The position numbers and the translations under genes were made by a program. Below, piece after piece: positions 14,465 to 15,999 of a stretch of DNA of 15,999 bases; the stretch's first letter is position 1, and the number at the start of each line of letters is the position of its first letter. A model generated the notes under the pieces. That model was not told where the DNA came from and searched no databases. It saw nothing but the letters and a program-made list of their open reading frames with translations. Source of the DNA: a virus; the IMG/VR virus record IMGVR_UViG_3300036945_000237, positions 1 to 15,999 of that record. The stretch is one strand, 5' to 3'.

Positions 14465-14698
14465 ATGGCTCCGCGCAAAGCAAAGGCATTAGAGGATCAA
14501 GGTTATACGCCCTTAGAAGCCTATTGCATTGGGCTTAACGAGTATTACAAAGCTTTGCGCAAAGCTGGGTTTCCTGTCGATATATGTCTGTCAATGATTA
14601 TGGATCCATTCTCATATCCAGAGTGGATTCTGCCCAAGCGCATCAACGATAATCCGAGCAACATGCCAGACTTCTATCCTGACGATGATGAGGATTAA
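14465..14698 (+). CDS. Hypothetical 77-aa protein with acidic C-terminal tail (DFYPDDDED)
   Basis: ORF track. First gene after the candidate promoter. No SD, so probably leaderless. No family recognised. Confidence 0.55.
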   Translation: MAPRKAKALEDQGYTPLEAYCIGLNEYYKALRKAGFPVDICLSMIMDPFSYPEWILPKRINDNPSNMPDFYPDDDED

Positions 14699-15456
14699 TG
14701 AAAAGAACCATCGTAATTCCAGACTTACAAGTCCCATATCACGATGAAGTAGCAGTTAAGAATGTCGCCTCGTTTATTAAAGTATTTCGGCCAGATGCTG
14801 TCGTTACTCTCGGAGATGAAATCGATCTCCCACAGATCAGCCGATGGACAGAAAACAAGCCAGGATGGTACGAACAAACCCTAGCTAGTGATCGCGACAT
14901 GACAGTCGATGTTCTATGGGAACTGACCCAGCATGCTAAAGAAGCCCACATGATCAGGTCTAACCACACTGACCGACTTTACAATGTGATCATGAATAAA
15001 ATCCCAGCATTCCTGTCATTGCCAGAGCTTCGTTTTGAAAAGTTTATGAAGCTTGATGAACTTGGGATCTCTTATCATAAGAAGCCATTTCCGATTGCTA
15101 AAGGTTATGTGGCAGTGCATGGAGATGAACAGGCCATCAAACCTACGCCTGGCCTTACAGCCCTAGAAGCAGCCCGTAGGCATGGGCTAAGCGTGATCTG
15201 CGGTCACACTCACCGCGCTGGTCAATCGGCCTTTACAGAGGCCTCAGGGGGCAAATTAGGCCGTATCCTGCGAGGCTTTGAGGGCGGACATCTCATGGAC
15301 ATCCGTAAAGCTGCTTACACAAAAGGAACAATGAACTGGCAACAGGCATTCTTGATCGTTGAAGAAGATGCCAAGGGTGTCCAGGTATCTACAATTCACA
15401 TTGAAAAGGATGGAACCTTCGCTTATGGTGGTCGTAGGTATGGACGACCTAGATAA
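14698..15456 (+). CDS. Calcineurin-like metallophosphoesterase
   Basis: Ordered motifs IPDLQVPYHD (I, variant), LGDEID (II, GDxxD), RSNHTDR (III, GNHD/E-like), VHGDE (IV) and CGHTHR (V, GHxH). 252 aa. Confidence 0.8.
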   Translation: MKRTIVIPDLQVPYHDEVAVKNVASFIKVFRPDAVVTLGDEIDLPQISRWTENKPGWYEQTLASDRDMTVDVLWELTQHAKEAHMIRSNHTDRLYNVIMNKIPAFLSLPELRFEKFMKLDELGISYHKKPFPIAKGYVAVHGDEQAIKPTPGLTALEAARRHGLSVICGHTHRAGQSAFTEASGGKLGRILRGFEGGHLMDIRKAAYTKGTMNWQQAFLIVEEDAKGVQVSTIHIEKDGTFAYGGRRYGRPR

Positions 15457-15535
15457 TCCGCTTAGGCGCGACATCGATAACCACATGGACGATGCAGAAT
15501 TGTTACCATTTCGTTATCAAAAGATGCTTGCTTAG
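15440..15535 (+). CDS. Possible 31-aa ORF (weak)
   Basis: MDDLDNPLRRDIDNHMDDAELLPFRYQKMLA. Overlaps the upstream stop by 17 nt with AGG just upstream. No other support; the region may be non-coding. Confidence 0.2.
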   Translation: MDDLDNPLRRDIDNHMDDAELLPFRYQKMLA

Positions 15536-15597
15536 TCCTAGGTAACCTGTACCTTAAGCCTTATCAGTGAATCGTTCACTTGATGGAAAGGGCTAAA

Positions 15598-15747
15598 ATG
15601 AACACAGATCTTTATTTATATCTAGTTATGTTAGCGTTTTTAGTTGTTGGCATAGCTGCTGGATATGGCATGGGATTCAAAGAAGGTAAAGAAGAAGGCT
15701 ACGCACTGGGTCGCTCAGTTGCTCGACACACATTCTGGTCAGAGTGA
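15598..15747 (+). CDS. Small single-pass membrane protein (49 aa)
   Basis: Not in the ORF track. MNTDLYLYLVMLAFLVVGIAAGYGMGFKEGKEEGYALGRSVARHTFWSE. SD GGAAAGGG upstream. GTGA overlap with the next gene. Confidence 0.5.
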   Translation: MNTDLYLYLVMLAFLVVGIAAGYGMGFKEGKEEGYALGRSVARHTFWSE

Positions 15748-15999
15748 AAGCGCGTGACATCCTCGATGAAGCTAAGCAGCTCCTCGCCGACAGAGGTAAC
15801 GAGTACGGCGACTCAACTCTTAATCACATTCGGATCGCACGACTCTGGAGCGTGTATCTTGACAAAAACATTGAGCCACACGAAGTCGCAATCTGTCTTA
15901 TCCTCACCAAGATCTCGCGAACTCAAACTACGAAAGACCACCCAGACAGTTACGCAGACATCTGTGCGTACTCTGCAATCGCTGGCCAGATTACATCAA
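15744..15999 (+). CDS. DUF6378-like protein (resembles the N-terminal domain of phage dATP/dGTP diphosphohydrolases); 5' part, continues at 128-156
   Basis: GTG start in a GTGA overlap. ADRGNEYGDSTLNHIRIARLWSVYLDKNIEPHEVAICLILTKISRTQTTKDHPDSYADICAYSAIAG fits the pattern R..YG...f..IA.lw...l....dV..mm...K..R....h.DS..D..gY.a. The full product is 94 aa across the junction. Confidence 0.6.
   Translation, partial: MKARDILDEAKQLLADRGNEYGDSTLNHIRIARLWSVYLDKNIEPHEVAICLILTKISRTQTTKDHPDSYADICAYSAIAGQITS
15873..15999. repeat. Terminal direct repeat, copy 2 (identical to 1-127)
   Basis: Same 127-nt string as 1-127. It lies inside a coding frame, so it reflects sequence continuity rather than a special end structure. 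Confidence 0.97.

Larger units (their letters stand above)
1..15872 (+). mobile_element. One full unit of a small siphovirus-type dsDNA phage genome; the window equals this unit plus a 127-bp overlap
   Basis: The ends overlap exactly. An ORF runs in frame across the junction. A full packaging/head/tail/lysis module is present with all genes co-directional and no host-like flanking genes. Confidence 0.85.

Overview
The window is one complete unit (15,872 bp) of a very small, tightly packed dsDNA tailed-phage genome plus a 127-bp exact end overlap (1-127 = 15873-15999). It is a closed or terminally redundant assembly with no host flanks. All credible genes (about 30) are on the + strand, mostly joined by overlapping stop/start signals (ATGA, TAATG, GTGA).

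Gene order on the circular map:
- A near-consensus promoter at 14431-14459.
- A roughly 3.7-kb 'early' block running 14465 -> junction -> about 2347. It holds a leaderless acidic mini-protein, a metallophosphoesterase, small membrane proteins, a DUF6378-like gene that wraps the junction, several zinc-ribbon mini-proteins, a Rad52-fold-like annealing protein, a PD-(D/E)XK resolvase-like nuclease and an exported lysozyme-like protein.
- A roughly 12.1-kb late block (2338-14456). It runs HNH, large terminase, portal, fused prohead-protease/major-capsid gene, terminator, connector and neck genes, major tail, G/GT chaperones with a CCCTTTG -1 frameshift, a displaced HK97-gp10-like gene, tape measure, Dit-like protein, a C1q-like receptor-binding fibre, then endolysin, holin and a membrane protein.

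I see no tRNA, rRNA, CRISPR array, integrase, repressor, DNA polymerase, primase, helicase or small terminase. I do not see a defence-system-like operon.

The points most worth follow-up are the near-minimal gene content, the protease-capsid fusion, the missing TerS, the exported lysozyme-like gene outside the lysis cassette, the dense cluster of zinc-ribbon mini-proteins, and the leaderless early promoter.

Functional calls come from motif recognition by eye, not from searches. GC looks mid-40s percent by eye (not computed). A low-GC actinobacterial host is an inference only.
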